A stretch of DNA of 64,000 nucleotides. Origin: Candidatus Latescibacterota bacterium. GTDB taxonomy: Bacteria > Latescibacterota > UBA2968 > UBA8231. The position numbers and the translations under genes are program-made. Location: positions 4,096,001 to 4,160,000 of the forward strand of contig OZ241362.1 of assembly GCA_965200315.1 (NCBI GenBank), in the 5' to 3' direction. Positions within the stretch are counted from its first letter, which is position 1, and every line of letters begins with the position of its first letter. This document shows, one piece after another, positions 29,258-37,669 of this stretch. Under the pieces are notes generated by a model. It was not told the origin of the DNA. It saw only the letters and a list, made by a program, of their open reading frames with translations, and ran no database searches.

Positions 29258-29824
29258 TTAGGCGAGGTCGCCGCTCCAGAGCATTTGGATGAAGGTGGCT
29301 GCGGGCAGGATGTCGATACCGTCGTCCGTGCGTCGGTCGAGCAACCGCACGGGACGGGCGTTGTCGTACATTCGGGGCAGGTAGCCGTGGTTGAGGAGGC
29401 GAGTGAGGTCAAAGTCTGCGCCGAGTTCCTGCGCCGTCAGCCCATGCAGTTGGTAGCGCACGGCCCGTCCGCCGAGCAGGTTGGCTCCTCCGCGCCGCAC
29501 CTTGCGGGCACTGGAGCCGCAAAGGGCGAAACTCAACCCTCGGTTTTCGAGCAGCCAATGTACCTCGTCGAGCAGCGCAGGCACCTTCTGAATCTCATCA
29601 ATGACGATCTGTTGATTGGGATCAAACCCTGTCGCCTCGATTTCTTGACGCAAAAACTCTGGGTTGGCCACGTACCGCCTGAACTCGTCTGCCTTTAGGA
29701 GATCAATCCACAGGCCGTCGGCGTACCGGTGTTTTAGCAGGGTGCTTTTGCCCGCCTGTCGCGGCGCCCAGAGGAAAAACGTCTCGGTGCCGGGCGCGGG
29801 TAGGTCCAGATTTCGTTTGTACAT
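29258..29824 (-). pseudogene. AAA_14/DUF4143 ATPase with large in-frame internal deletion
   Basis: PRQAGKST, IDEIQK, CGSS, GRA, GYLP, then jumps to the terminal RRTDDGIDILP...LWSG; only 188 aa. Confidence 0.78.
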
Positions 29825-29841
29825 GGACTTAAAATTAACGT

Positions 29842-29870
29842 GTAAATTTGAAGTAGTGGTTCAAAATTAC
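29842..29870. promoter_or_regulatory. Palindromic operator upstream of the AAA_14 ATPase
   Basis: GTAAATTTGAA-N7-TTCAAAATTAC, 17 bp from the ATG; similar to 23766-23794. Confidence 0.7.
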
Positions 29871-29907
29871 AGCAAGAACTTCCCTCAGATGCCTTCAGGA
29901 AGTCGCC

Positions 29908-30110
29908 TCAAACGGGTTGCGGCTCGTAGCGCTCGACCTCAATCTCATCCTCGCACGCTTGCGCCTGAGCGACGGCGTAGGCCGCTTGCAGCCGTATCCA
30001 AGTCTCCGTTGTAGAGCCGCTTTTGCGAGGCGGATGGCCATGTCGGCCGAAATGCGAGCGCGACAATTCACCAGATTCGCGAGGGCTTGGCGACTGACGC
30101 CGAGTGTCAA
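29908..30110 (-). pseudogene. higA: HigA-family antitoxin pseudogene
   Basis: LGVSRQALANLVN..ISADMAIRLAKA, frameshift, then GSTTETWIRLQAAY; 5' end missing. Confidence 0.8.
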
Positions 30111-30218
30111 TTGACACTTGTCAAGAACGAGAACAAATGATCGAAAGCCTGCGGCGGCGTCCTTTCTGAGCGCTGGTTATCAATAGAGAGGAGTGAACAC
30201 TAGGGAGCGAGCCAGACA

Positions 30219-30247
30219 TTGATCTTGACCTGTTTATGGTCTATATT
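30219..30247 (+). promoter_or_regulatory. Sigma70-like promoter of the TA operon
   Basis: TTGATC-17bp-TATATT, overlapping GACC/GGTC operator-like repeats. Confidence 0.55.
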
Positions 30248-30268
30248 TGGTCCGAAAAGGAGATGCCC

Positions 30269-30544
30269 ATGAAACTGTCCAGTCAGATTAAGCCGATCAG
30301 TTACCTCAAGGCCCACGCCGCTGAGATCGTGCGCACACTTGGAGATCAACCGGAACCCTTGATCATCACCCAGAATGGCGAAGCCAAGGCGGTCATGCAG
30401 GATATCGACAGCTACGAGCAGATGCAGGAAACGGTTGCGCTGCTCAAGATTCTCGCGTTGGGTAGCCGTCAGATCGAAGCAGATCAGGTGCAATCCGCTG
30501 CCGATGTCGTCGCACAGCTTCGGGAGCGGCGACGGGATCGCTGA
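30269..30544 (+). CDS. Phd/YefM family antitoxin
   Basis: IKPISYLKAHAAEI...PLIITQNGEAKAV; AAGGAG RBS. Confidence 0.93.
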   Translation: MKLSSQIKPISYLKAHAAEIVRTLGDQPEPLIITQNGEAKAVMQDIDSYEQMQETVALLKILALGSRQIEADQVQSAADVVAQLRERRRDR

Positions 30545-30870
30545 TGGCTTTCTTGGTTCAGTTGACCGATGACGCGACGCACGACTTGGAGGAAATTTGC
30601 GATTACATCGATCGGCATGATGGGCCGGGTCGGGCGGATTGTGTGCTGGAGCAGATTGAGAAGGCTTTCAGCAGCCTCTCCGAGTACCCCGAGCGCGGGA
30701 ACTACCCGGCGGAACTGCTGGACATTGGGATTCGGGAATATCGCGAGATTTTCTCTAGGCCCTACCGCATCATCTATCGGGTGATGGGAAATAACGTCTA
30801 TGTGCTCTTGATCGCCGATGGGCGGAGGGATATGCAGACGTTGCTACAGCGGCACTTGCTGCGGGCATAG
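30544..30870 (+). CDS. RelE/ParE family toxin
   Basis: V.LTDDA..DLEEI.DYI, PERG, YRIIYRV, IADGRRDM; TGATG coupling. Confidence 0.92.
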   Translation: MAFLVQLTDDATHDLEEICDYIDRHDGPGRADCVLEQIEKAFSSLSEYPERGNYPAELLDIGIREYREIFSRPYRIIYRVMGNNVYVLLIADGRRDMQTLLQRHLLRA

Positions 30871-31378
30871 TCGTATCAACAGTAATGTCTTGTGCCATGA
30901 TCTGATTCTCCTCTTTGAACTTTCGTTGGATATATTCCAGTAAGTCCTTCAGGAACCAGCGTACCCGTTCGGCTTCGCATTCCCTCCAACACTGCTCAAT
31001 CCAACTTTCGAGGGAACTCCTAGTGTCGTTCTTTCGATAGGACACCGTCCAACAGAAGTCCTTTAATTCGGTTGGTAAGGTCTTCGGATCGCTGCCGTTG
31101 CCGCTCAAATATAGTATCCTCGCGGTTCTGCTCCTCTTTACCCTGCTTTGCAGGTACTCCAGATATGCCTTGACCTGATCTTTCTGCTCCGCCGCCCATG
31201 GCTTGTTCTCGATCCCGATCCAGCGGTTGCCGGGCATCTCCAGAACGATATCGATCTTTCGCTCTTCGTGCGTCGCATATTTAGTATGGACCTTCGTTGC
31301 ACTTGTGAAGGTTCGAGGAGACCGGCGAATATGCACGACATATTGGTTTCCCATACGCGGAAGTAATCGAAAAGTTGG
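30870..31378 (-). pseudogene. PD-(D/E)XK nuclease (PDDEXK_4-like) pseudogene
   Basis: LFDYFRVWETNMSCIFAGLLEPS in one frame, IDIV...IGIENKPWAAEQKDQVKAY...ILYLS in another; intervening segment deleted. Confidence 0.72.
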
Positions 31379-31508
31379 CGAAAATGCTCCCTGTCGAATA
31401 CACGATGATACCACCTTTGTCCAGCCACTTGCGGACCGGCACAGAATCCTCGTTTGGTGGATCGGCGAGAAACGAACCGAGCTTGTTAGCATCTACGATG
31501 ATGCACAT
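31379..31508 (-). pseudogene. Truncated PIN-like protein, partner of the ATPase
   Basis: MCIIVDAN (hhhDxN PIN-type start)...VRKWL..GGIIVYSTG, 9 nt after the ATPase stop, then fused into the nuclease relic. Confidence 0.55.
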
Positions 31509-31517
31509 GGGTCCAGT

Positions 31518-32870
31518 TCAATCCGCGAAACCAATCAGTCGGTCGGTTTCCTTGGAGAAAAAGTCCCGGTATCCTGCTGGCGCGTCCTGTAGGTTGCCGT
31601 GTTCGTCCAAGGTCATGTTGTGAATCGCAACGGCGTTTCCTTTCGGCGTCGGCTCGAAGTACAGGATGGACACGTCCTCATGCTTCAAAATCCGTTTTCT
31701 GACGGAGATGCGAACGCGATCGACAATGTAGTCGCTGTGGGTCTCGATTAAGAATCGGTTACCGCGTTTTTTGAACGACTCAACTAGCAGACTGGCTAGT
31801 TCTGCCTGCCCCCGAGGGTGAAGGTGGACCTCTGGTTGCTGAAGCAAAAACGTCCGCTCCGAAGGGCGGCCTCGGCCTGCGGCCAGCACGTCGACCAAAA
31901 TTGGCAGGCTCTGGCTGACACCGTAGCCCACGTCCATGATGTTCGCCTGCGGTCCTGATCGAACTTTTACCTGCAACTGGAACGGGTCGCTCATCTGTTT
32001 GCCATGACGCTTTACTTTGATGTCGGCGAACAAGCCGGACTCACGGCCAAATTGTAGGAGGCTATCGCGCAGCGAGTTCCAGTGGTTCTTGTCGGTGCGG
32101 TCGAGCCTCATCATCAACATGGGAACGTGTTCGCCTTCCGGCGAGGCGGCCTCGCGTACCGGATCGTAGGTGCGCTTGGGTTTGGAGCGAAGCGGCGCGA
32201 TTGGAATTACACCCATGGTGAACAGAAACCCCAAACCATAATCGTGCCACCTCGTGCGTCCGCGCTTACTAGTTTTGCGGTTGGGGAACAATGTTTCGAG
32301 GTACTCGACGATTGGTCGCACGTTCGGAAACCGGTGAAAATATCGTTCTGAATGTCCAGAGGTCAGCATATCGAGTATGGGCGTCGCCATCCCAAATGGG
32401 AAGTCGATCTCCACCTCCTGATGCGGGGTGGAAAGAACGATTTTGTCGGAGTCGCCTCGTCGCAAAGCCAGAAAGGACTCGGCATTGAACTGATAGCGCA
32501 AGGACGCGACAACAGGTTGAGAACCTTTTTCCGAGAAGGCGACCGATATTTCGTACGGCGGCACACGGTTGCGAGGCTCAACCGTGAAACCGAGTTTGAA
32601 CTCGTCGATACGGCCGCTTGGACCGCGCCGCGACCGAACGATGTCGTGGAACGAGCCCATCGAAAAAGGCTCCTCGTTGAAGTCCAACCATTCGTCGGTG
32701 TTGACATCCTGTCTGGAAAGCACTTGATGCAATACCCTGTAACAACCGAGGAAGGTAGTCTTTCCCGTACTGTTTTCGCCCACGAGCAGCGTAATGGGCC
32801 GCAAGCAACCGCGCTGTGTGCCTTGAAAACAGCGTACGTCCTCCAGAATCAATTCCCTTATTTCGTCCAT
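31518..32870 (-). CDS. ABC-type (AAA_15/AAA_21) ATPase with DUF3696-like tail
   Basis: GENSTGKT, VGYGVSQSLP, LLQQPEVHLHP, IETHS, DEHGNL..AP.GYRDFF. Confidence 0.9.
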   Translation of the reverse strand: MDEIRELILEDVRCFQGTQRGCLRPITLLVGENSTGKTTFLGCYRVLHQVLSRQDVNTDEWLDFNEEPFSMGSFHDIVRSRRGPSGRIDEFKLGFTVEPRNRVPPYEISVAFSEKGSQPVVASLRYQFNAESFLALRRGDSDKIVLSTPHQEVEIDFPFGMATPILDMLTSGHSERYFHRFPNVRPIVEYLETLFPNRKTSKRGRTRWHDYGLGFLFTMGVIPIAPLRSKPKRTYDPVREAASPEGEHVPMLMMRLDRTDKNHWNSLRDSLLQFGRESGLFADIKVKRHGKQMSDPFQLQVKVRSGPQANIMDVGYGVSQSLPILVDVLAAGRGRPSERTFLLQQPEVHLHPRGQAELASLLVESFKKRGNRFLIETHSDYIVDRVRISVRKRILKHEDVSILYFEPTPKGNAVAIHNMTLDEHGNLQDAPAGYRDFFSKETDRLIGFAD

Positions 32871-32992
32871 CGCAACGTTCTCCCTCGATTCGTTCGGCTG
32901 TCAAACGAATTCGGCCTGAAATTACGATAGCACTTCACTAAGTGCCAGTTCAGAAGTCCTTCTCAACCTTCACATCCGGCCTGATTCTACGC

Positions 32993-33862
32993 TCAAAAGC
33001 CCATCTTGTGAGAGTGATTCGGCTTGGCCTCGCACTCGGCGCACAGCAATTCGGCGAGTGCCTTCGCGTCTTGCAGGTGGCCGAGGATTTCGGCTTTGCG
33101 GCGAACTACGGCGAAATCGCCGGGGGTCAGGGTGGTGAGTCGACTTGGGTCCAATAGGCACTCGGCTAGCCGAAGTTCTTGAAGCCGCTCGTGCCGTTTG
33201 GGATCGCGGCCGTCGTCGTCCTCTTCGCCGACACTGTAGAGGTTCGCCCCGAGCTGGGCGGCCAGCGTCTTGCAAAACTCGGTCTTGCCGGTCCCCGGCG
33301 GTCCGTACACCAAGATATTCACGCCCGGTGCGCCGGTGGACAGTGCGCCCTTGACCAACTTTTCGATGTAGTCGCGTTCCTCGGCCACGTGGTCGAAGTC
33401 CGACCACTCCAACTCGCCCGGGGTCGCCGCGTAGAGCAGCGACTCAATGATTGGCTGTGTGCGTTCTCGCAGCATGATCTCTAGGATCGCGACGTCTTCC
33501 TGTGCGAGGTCCATCTCTCGTCCGAGAGACCGGAGCCGCCGTGCCGTGCGATCTTCCCGCCCCCCTTCGGAGGCCGCTGAGTGCTGGTATGCAAGGAGCT
33601 CCTGTACGTGCTGCCATTCCCAGGCGGACATCTTACTTTCATTTCTGGTGCGTTTGCTCGCCCAGCCCTCCTCCCATTTCAACTTGGGCCCTTTGCCCGG
33701 CTTTTCACTTTCGTCCCTGAGCTCCAGCAGGTCGAGGTTTTGGTCAAACCAATCAGCTAGGGCTCTTGCTTCCAAGCGGCCATGGTGCAGGCGATCGGCG
33801 GCGTTGGAGAGGTAAAAGAGAATAAGCTGTCGTTCGTAGGCGTTGAGGTAGGCTTTGAGCAT
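32993..33862 (-). pseudogene. AAA+ ATPase with internal deletion(s)
   Basis: GVNILVYGPPGTGKT Walker A but no Walker B; jumps to terminal LTPGDFAVVRRKA...ECEAK...MGF. Confidence 0.72.
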
Positions 33863-33889
33863 GGTTTCCTCCTTGAAATGACGCGGCAC

Positions 33890-34342
33890 TTACTCCGCCA
33901 CCAAAATCGCCAGACCGACATCCACTCCATCAAAAAACGACTCTATCGCAGCAGCTAGGAGATCCCTGTTAGAGTCTATGATTAGGAGAAAACCCTCGGC
34001 GACGACGAGGACCGGCGTCTCCAACTCGTTCTCTTCGGGTATGATCGATACCGCAGATACTATGAGATAGTCTAGCGGCACGTATGCTACTGCATCGGGT
34101 CCGAGGTTGGGGAATGCTGCCTTGAGATAAAGGGCTTGGAAGGTTGTTGGGGTTATCTGGTCATCCTCTATGAAGATGTTGCCGTCCTCGTCATAGAGGG
34201 AACGGGACAGTCGCTGCTCGATGATGATTCCTTCTCTGGGCGGTCCGACTTCGCCTTGTGGCCCCATCGGTCCGGCCGGACCTTCGCATGCGACAAGGCC
34301 GAAGGCCAACATAGCTACGAAAAAAGAAAAGCGAGTACGCAT
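33890..34342 (-). CDS. Lipoprotein with short collagen-like Gly-X-Y repeat
   Basis: Lipobox LVAC, then EGPAGPMGPQGEVGPP; AGGAGG RBS. Confidence 0.85.
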   Translation of the reverse strand: MRTRFSFFVAMLAFGLVACEGPAGPMGPQGEVGPPREGIIIEQRLSRSLYDEDGNIFIEDDQITPTTFQALYLKAAFPNLGPDAVAYVPLDYLIVSAVSIIPEENELETPVLVVAEGFLLIIDSNRDLLAAAIESFFDGVDVGLAILVAE

Positions 34343-34373
34343 TGCACACCTCCTTCTGGTTGTGGGAAAAGGG

Positions 34374-34450
34374 AACTTATTTAGGAGGTGCGACAGATCG
34401 CGTCGCAGGCAGAATTTTTTTATAAAAAGATCAATTTTCGTCAAAATCGT
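34374..34450 (-). promoter_or_regulatory. WYL-type operator/promoter, copy 1
   Basis: TGCGAC-N7-GTCGCA at 34389-34407; minus strand TGTCGC-N10-TAAGTT; 25 bp identical to 36824-36848. Confidence 0.75.
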
Positions 34451-34532
34451 TCGTCTGATCGCGCTGGCGACGCGGCCGAGGGCTACCGGAAGCTCGATGA
34501 AACATCAAACGAGCGAAATTGGGGTTAGGTGA

Positions 34533-34811
34533 ATGTATGAGTTAATATGGCCCCGAGACAGAGGGGATCACATTGCACTACACAGCATCACTCCCAATGA
34601 AGTCGAAGAAGTCTGCTTCGGTAGGCCCTATGTTCAACGTGCGAAATCTCAAGGAGAAAATCCCGTTTACTATATCTTGGGGCAAACAAACGCAGTACGT
34701 TATCTATTCTGTGTAGTGATCCAATTTCCCGATGGCAGAGGCTACCCCGTCACAGCTAGAGCAATGACCGATAGGGAAAAACGAAGATATAGACAAAGGA
34801 GGAACCCATGA
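34533..34811 (+). CDS. BrnT (DUF497) family toxin
   Basis: HI..HSITPNEVEEV, LGQT...RYLF.V, PVTARAMT..EKRRY. Confidence 0.88.
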   Translation: MYELIWPRDRGDHIALHSITPNEVEEVCFGRPYVQRAKSQGENPVYYILGQTNAVRYLFCVVIQFPDGRGYPVTARAMTDREKRRYRQRRNP

Positions 34812-35074
34812 AGCGGACGAACATTCCACAAACCGATTCGATTCAAGAGCTTGCTCACTTCTGGGACACTCATGACTTAACGGATTTTGAGAATGAACTC
34901 GAGGAAGTGGGGGAACCTGTTTTTGAACGGCAAATCGTAATCCCTGTTCGCTTAGGGCCTGAAGAATCTGAGTTTGTCAACGAGCTTGCCAAGTCACGTG
35001 GCATCTCTGATGTGAAGCTGATTCAGGAGTGGATCACTGAACGCATTGAGGCTTCGTCGGGATCGGTGTCTTAA
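34808..35074 (+). CDS. BrnA/CopG-type antitoxin
   Basis: IPQTDSIQELAHFWDTHDLTDF, RHH-like C-terminus; ATGA coupling. Confidence 0.88.
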   Translation: MKRTNIPQTDSIQELAHFWDTHDLTDFENELEEVGEPVFERQIVIPVRLGPEESEFVNELAKSRGISDVKLIQEWITERIEASSGSVS

Positions 35075-35339
35075 CGTTTGAGTGATCCAGAGCATATGTT
35101 TTGGTGGGGAAGAGACACCTTCGGTTTCAGATGCTTTAAGCCAAGCGAGAGACTGGACCTTGGTGTTAAGAACGTTTCTCAGAAGCGGTCTGAAACCCCC
35201 CATTGGCTTGCTTGGTGTGAGCGGGCCCGTGGCCTTGGCGTTAAGCGTTTTGCGAAGGCGAGACGCCCTCGAGCCGAGGGTCTTTGAGCCGTTTGAGGAG
35301 CCGAACTTGGCGTTTGCAGACGGCTTCTCAGACGCTCCC

Positions 35340-35860
35340 TTGAAACTGTGAATATAGGACTGGATACAATCATCGTGCATTTGAATAAGCTTCCCTTGCA
35401 CCTTCTCCCGAGGAGCGTCGAGTTCCAGATTCAGACGTCCTCGTGCTAGCTGCCAACGCTTAGCGATGTAACTCGGATGATACAGACGTGCCGGCAAGCA
35501 ATTTGGTATGGCTAGGTTTAGAAAAGTCTTCTCTGCGTCCTCACCAAAGCAGAATGCCATTTGTGGACCGAAGATTTCGACTTCCTTGATCAAGAAGTGC
35601 TTTACGCAATGCTCAACGATTAGTTCTTCGCCTCCTCCATTATTGAATCTGCACTTTACCAGATTGGTAATATAGACATTCCGCAGTTGATGACGCCGCA
35701 TTAGATATGCGAAGTAGGGGCCATAGAAGTTCCCCTCAAACTGAGCTATCTGACACGGCAAATCGGGCCAACTCTGACAACTAGGGGTCCAGTAATAATG
35801 ATTCACAGGTGGCTTTTTCTTAAAACCATTGAAGGGTATAGACTCACCATTGCCATCGTC
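35340..35860 (-). pseudogene. Uracil-DNA-glycosylase-superfamily-like fragment (chimeric ORF 34994-35929)
   Basis: VYITNLVKC, C...FL.KEVEI..P...FCFG, LYHPSY; N-terminus replaced by the WYL relic. Confidence 0.6.
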
Positions 35861-35871
35861 ATCCAGCCCCA

Positions 35872-36020
35872 GCACCGCCCGCAACTCCTCCGGCTCCAAC
35901 ACCTCAGCCGCCGCTCCGAAACTCAACACCCAACTCTTGATCTCGTAAACCCCCCAGCCCGCAGCCGCAGCACCACCCGCTCGTCCTCCAGTTCTTCCAG
36001 TTTCTGGCTCAGGTGAATCC
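35872..36020 (-). pseudogene. WYL-domain regulator C-terminal (WCX) relic
   Basis: SQKLEELEDERVVLRLRAGG, 1-nt frameshift, then (F)YEIKSWVLSFGAAAEVLEPEELRA. Confidence 0.75.
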
Positions 36021-36773
36021 AGTCTGCGTCGCGTAGCCGACCGGTGCGGAGCTTATGCAAATCGACCTTTGTCTCGATGCTGAGCAGGTGCTGGACCACC
36101 TGTATCTTGGACATTTTCGGGCTGAAAATTAACACTCCAGCTCCGGCATCCACGGCTGCGTTATGCGCCAAGGTCAGCGGCCGTCTTGCCCACGTTCGGG
36201 CACGCCGCCAGCACGATCAGGTCGCCCCTCTGAAGGCCGGAGGTACACTCGTTGAGATCGACAAATCCGGTATCGACCCCAGAGGTCGTGCTGGCCTTAT
36301 TGTGGACACGCTTACTCTGTTCGAGTACGTCGCCTATGAGCGATTCCAGCGACTCAATTCCGCCGCTGATCCAATTTTCGCCAATGCTAAAAAACTGCGG
36401 CTCGGCTCGGTTGATTAGCTCTAGTACATCCCCGCTGACTTTGTAGGCTTGCTCGGTGATGTCGCTGGCGGATGAGTGCCTTTTCCAAGATGATCCGTGC
36501 GTGGGCGTCGATATTGGCAGCAGTGGCAACCTTGGCGGCTAGCTCGGCCAGATAGACGGCTCCACCGACGTCATCGAGCTGGTCGCGGCGCTTGAGCTCT
36601 TCGGCCAAGATGAACTGATCGACGACCATGCCGCGATCATAGAGGCTGATCATGGCCTCGAAGAGCCGGCTGTGCGAATAGTTGTAAAAGCAGCTTGGGT
36701 CGAGGATTTCGATGGCATGGCCAACGGCGCACTGTTCGAGCATCATCGCCCCAACACAGATGGTGCGGATCAC
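36015..36773 (-). pseudogene. dnaB: Replicative helicase DnaB pseudogene
   Basis: GAMML...FY...H..LFEAM...VGGAVYL...TAAN; GVDTGFVDL..TSGLQRGDLIVLAACPNVGKT; IFS..MS...LRTG.L...DW across three frames; 3' half lost. Confidence 0.85.
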
Positions 36774-36811
36774 GGTGTCCTCCTGTGGGTTGAGATGAGT
36801 TGTTTTACTCA

Positions 36812-36890
36812 ACATTAGCCCACAGGTGCGACAGATCGCGTCGCAGGCGGAACATTTTTTACGAAGGAATCAATTTCGCCGAAATCGATC
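36812..36890 (-). promoter_or_regulatory. WYL-type operator/promoter, copy 2
   Basis: TGCGAC-N7-GTCGCA at 36827-36845; minus strand TGTCGC-N10-TAATGT. Confidence 0.75.
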
Positions 36891-36979
36891 ACATGAAAAC
36901 GGATATTGTCGAAATCTGTAATATGCTGTGAATCGTTCTCAAACGTTTTGGTGATGGCGACCTTTGTATTTCTTTGCCC

Positions 36980-37669
36980 CTATTCCGCTCGCGTCACTAA
37001 GTGCTCAAACAGCTTCGACCAAATCGTCCTAGGCATCCGCTCCGGGTGAAACTGTACGCCGATCAAGCGGCCATCCGCGCTCTCAACCGCCTCCACGATG
37101 CCATCGCCGCTGCGCCCGCTGATATCCAACCCCGCTCCGGGCCGGTCAATGGCCTGCATGTGATTGGAATTGACTCGCGAAGGGCCAGCAAGGCCGAGCG
37201 CAGCCAGCACCGTGCCCGACTCTACTTGGAGATCGTGCTCGATCCAATTGTCCGCAGTCCGCTGTCGCGCATGCGGCTCAACGCCGAGTTGGGCTTCCAC
37301 GTCCGCCCAGATCGTGCCGCCCAACTCAGCGCTGATAAACTGCATTCCGTAGCAGATGCCCAAAACCGGCAACTGGCGCTCCTGCGCGGCCTCAAAGCTC
37401 CAGCGGTCGGCTTGGTCGCGCTTGGCCGCCACCGGCGGTAGGTCGCTGGGCAGGGTGCCGATCAGGCCGCGCTCAATGCCCGGGCCGCCGGTGAGCAACA
37501 GACCGTCGATACGCTCAAGTACCGCTTGCAGTGGAGCGCGATCTGTGGTCATAGGCAGCACGAGCGGGGCACCACCCGCCTGCACGACCGCGTCCACGTA
37601 TTGATACTCGAGGACTTGATGGCCGTCGGCGTTTAGGCTGCTGGTGATGCCGATGAGCGGGCGGGACAT
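36980..37669 (-). CDS. Peptidase C26 / gamma-glutamyl-gamma-aminobutyrate hydrolase family (class I glutamine amidotransferase-like)
   Basis: RPLIGIT, DGLLLTGG, LGICYGMQ, VNS.H.QA, GVQFHPE. Confidence 0.92.
   Translation of the reverse strand: MSRPLIGITSSLNADGHQVLEYQYVDAVVQAGGAPLVLPMTTDRAPLQAVLERIDGLLLTGGPGIERGLIGTLPSDLPPVAAKRDQADRWSFEAAQERQLPVLGICYGMQFISAELGGTIWADVEAQLGVEPHARQRTADNWIEHDLQVESGTVLAALGLAGPSRVNSNHMQAIDRPGAGLDISGRSGDGIVEAVESADGRLIGVQFHPERMPRTIWSKLFEHLVTRAE

Noticed and set aside
30770-31492. Intact 240-aa nuclease
   Set aside because: The N-terminus is an off-frame read of the PIN/nuclease relics and the C-terminus runs antisense into the toxin gene.
15898-35191. Shared 14-mer CTCAGAAGCGGTCT (15898 and 35178) and a possible MITE at 35167-35342
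   Set aside because: A 14-bp match is expected by chance in 64 kb; the inverted ends are weak and no target duplication is visible.
34994-35929. 311-aa novel protein
   Set aside because: Chimera of a WYL tail, a UDG-like fragment and read-through into non-coding DNA overlapping brnA.
29258-36900. Prophage or intact integrative element
   Set aside because: No integrase, structural genes, tRNA or att repeats were found; only a decayed island can be supported.
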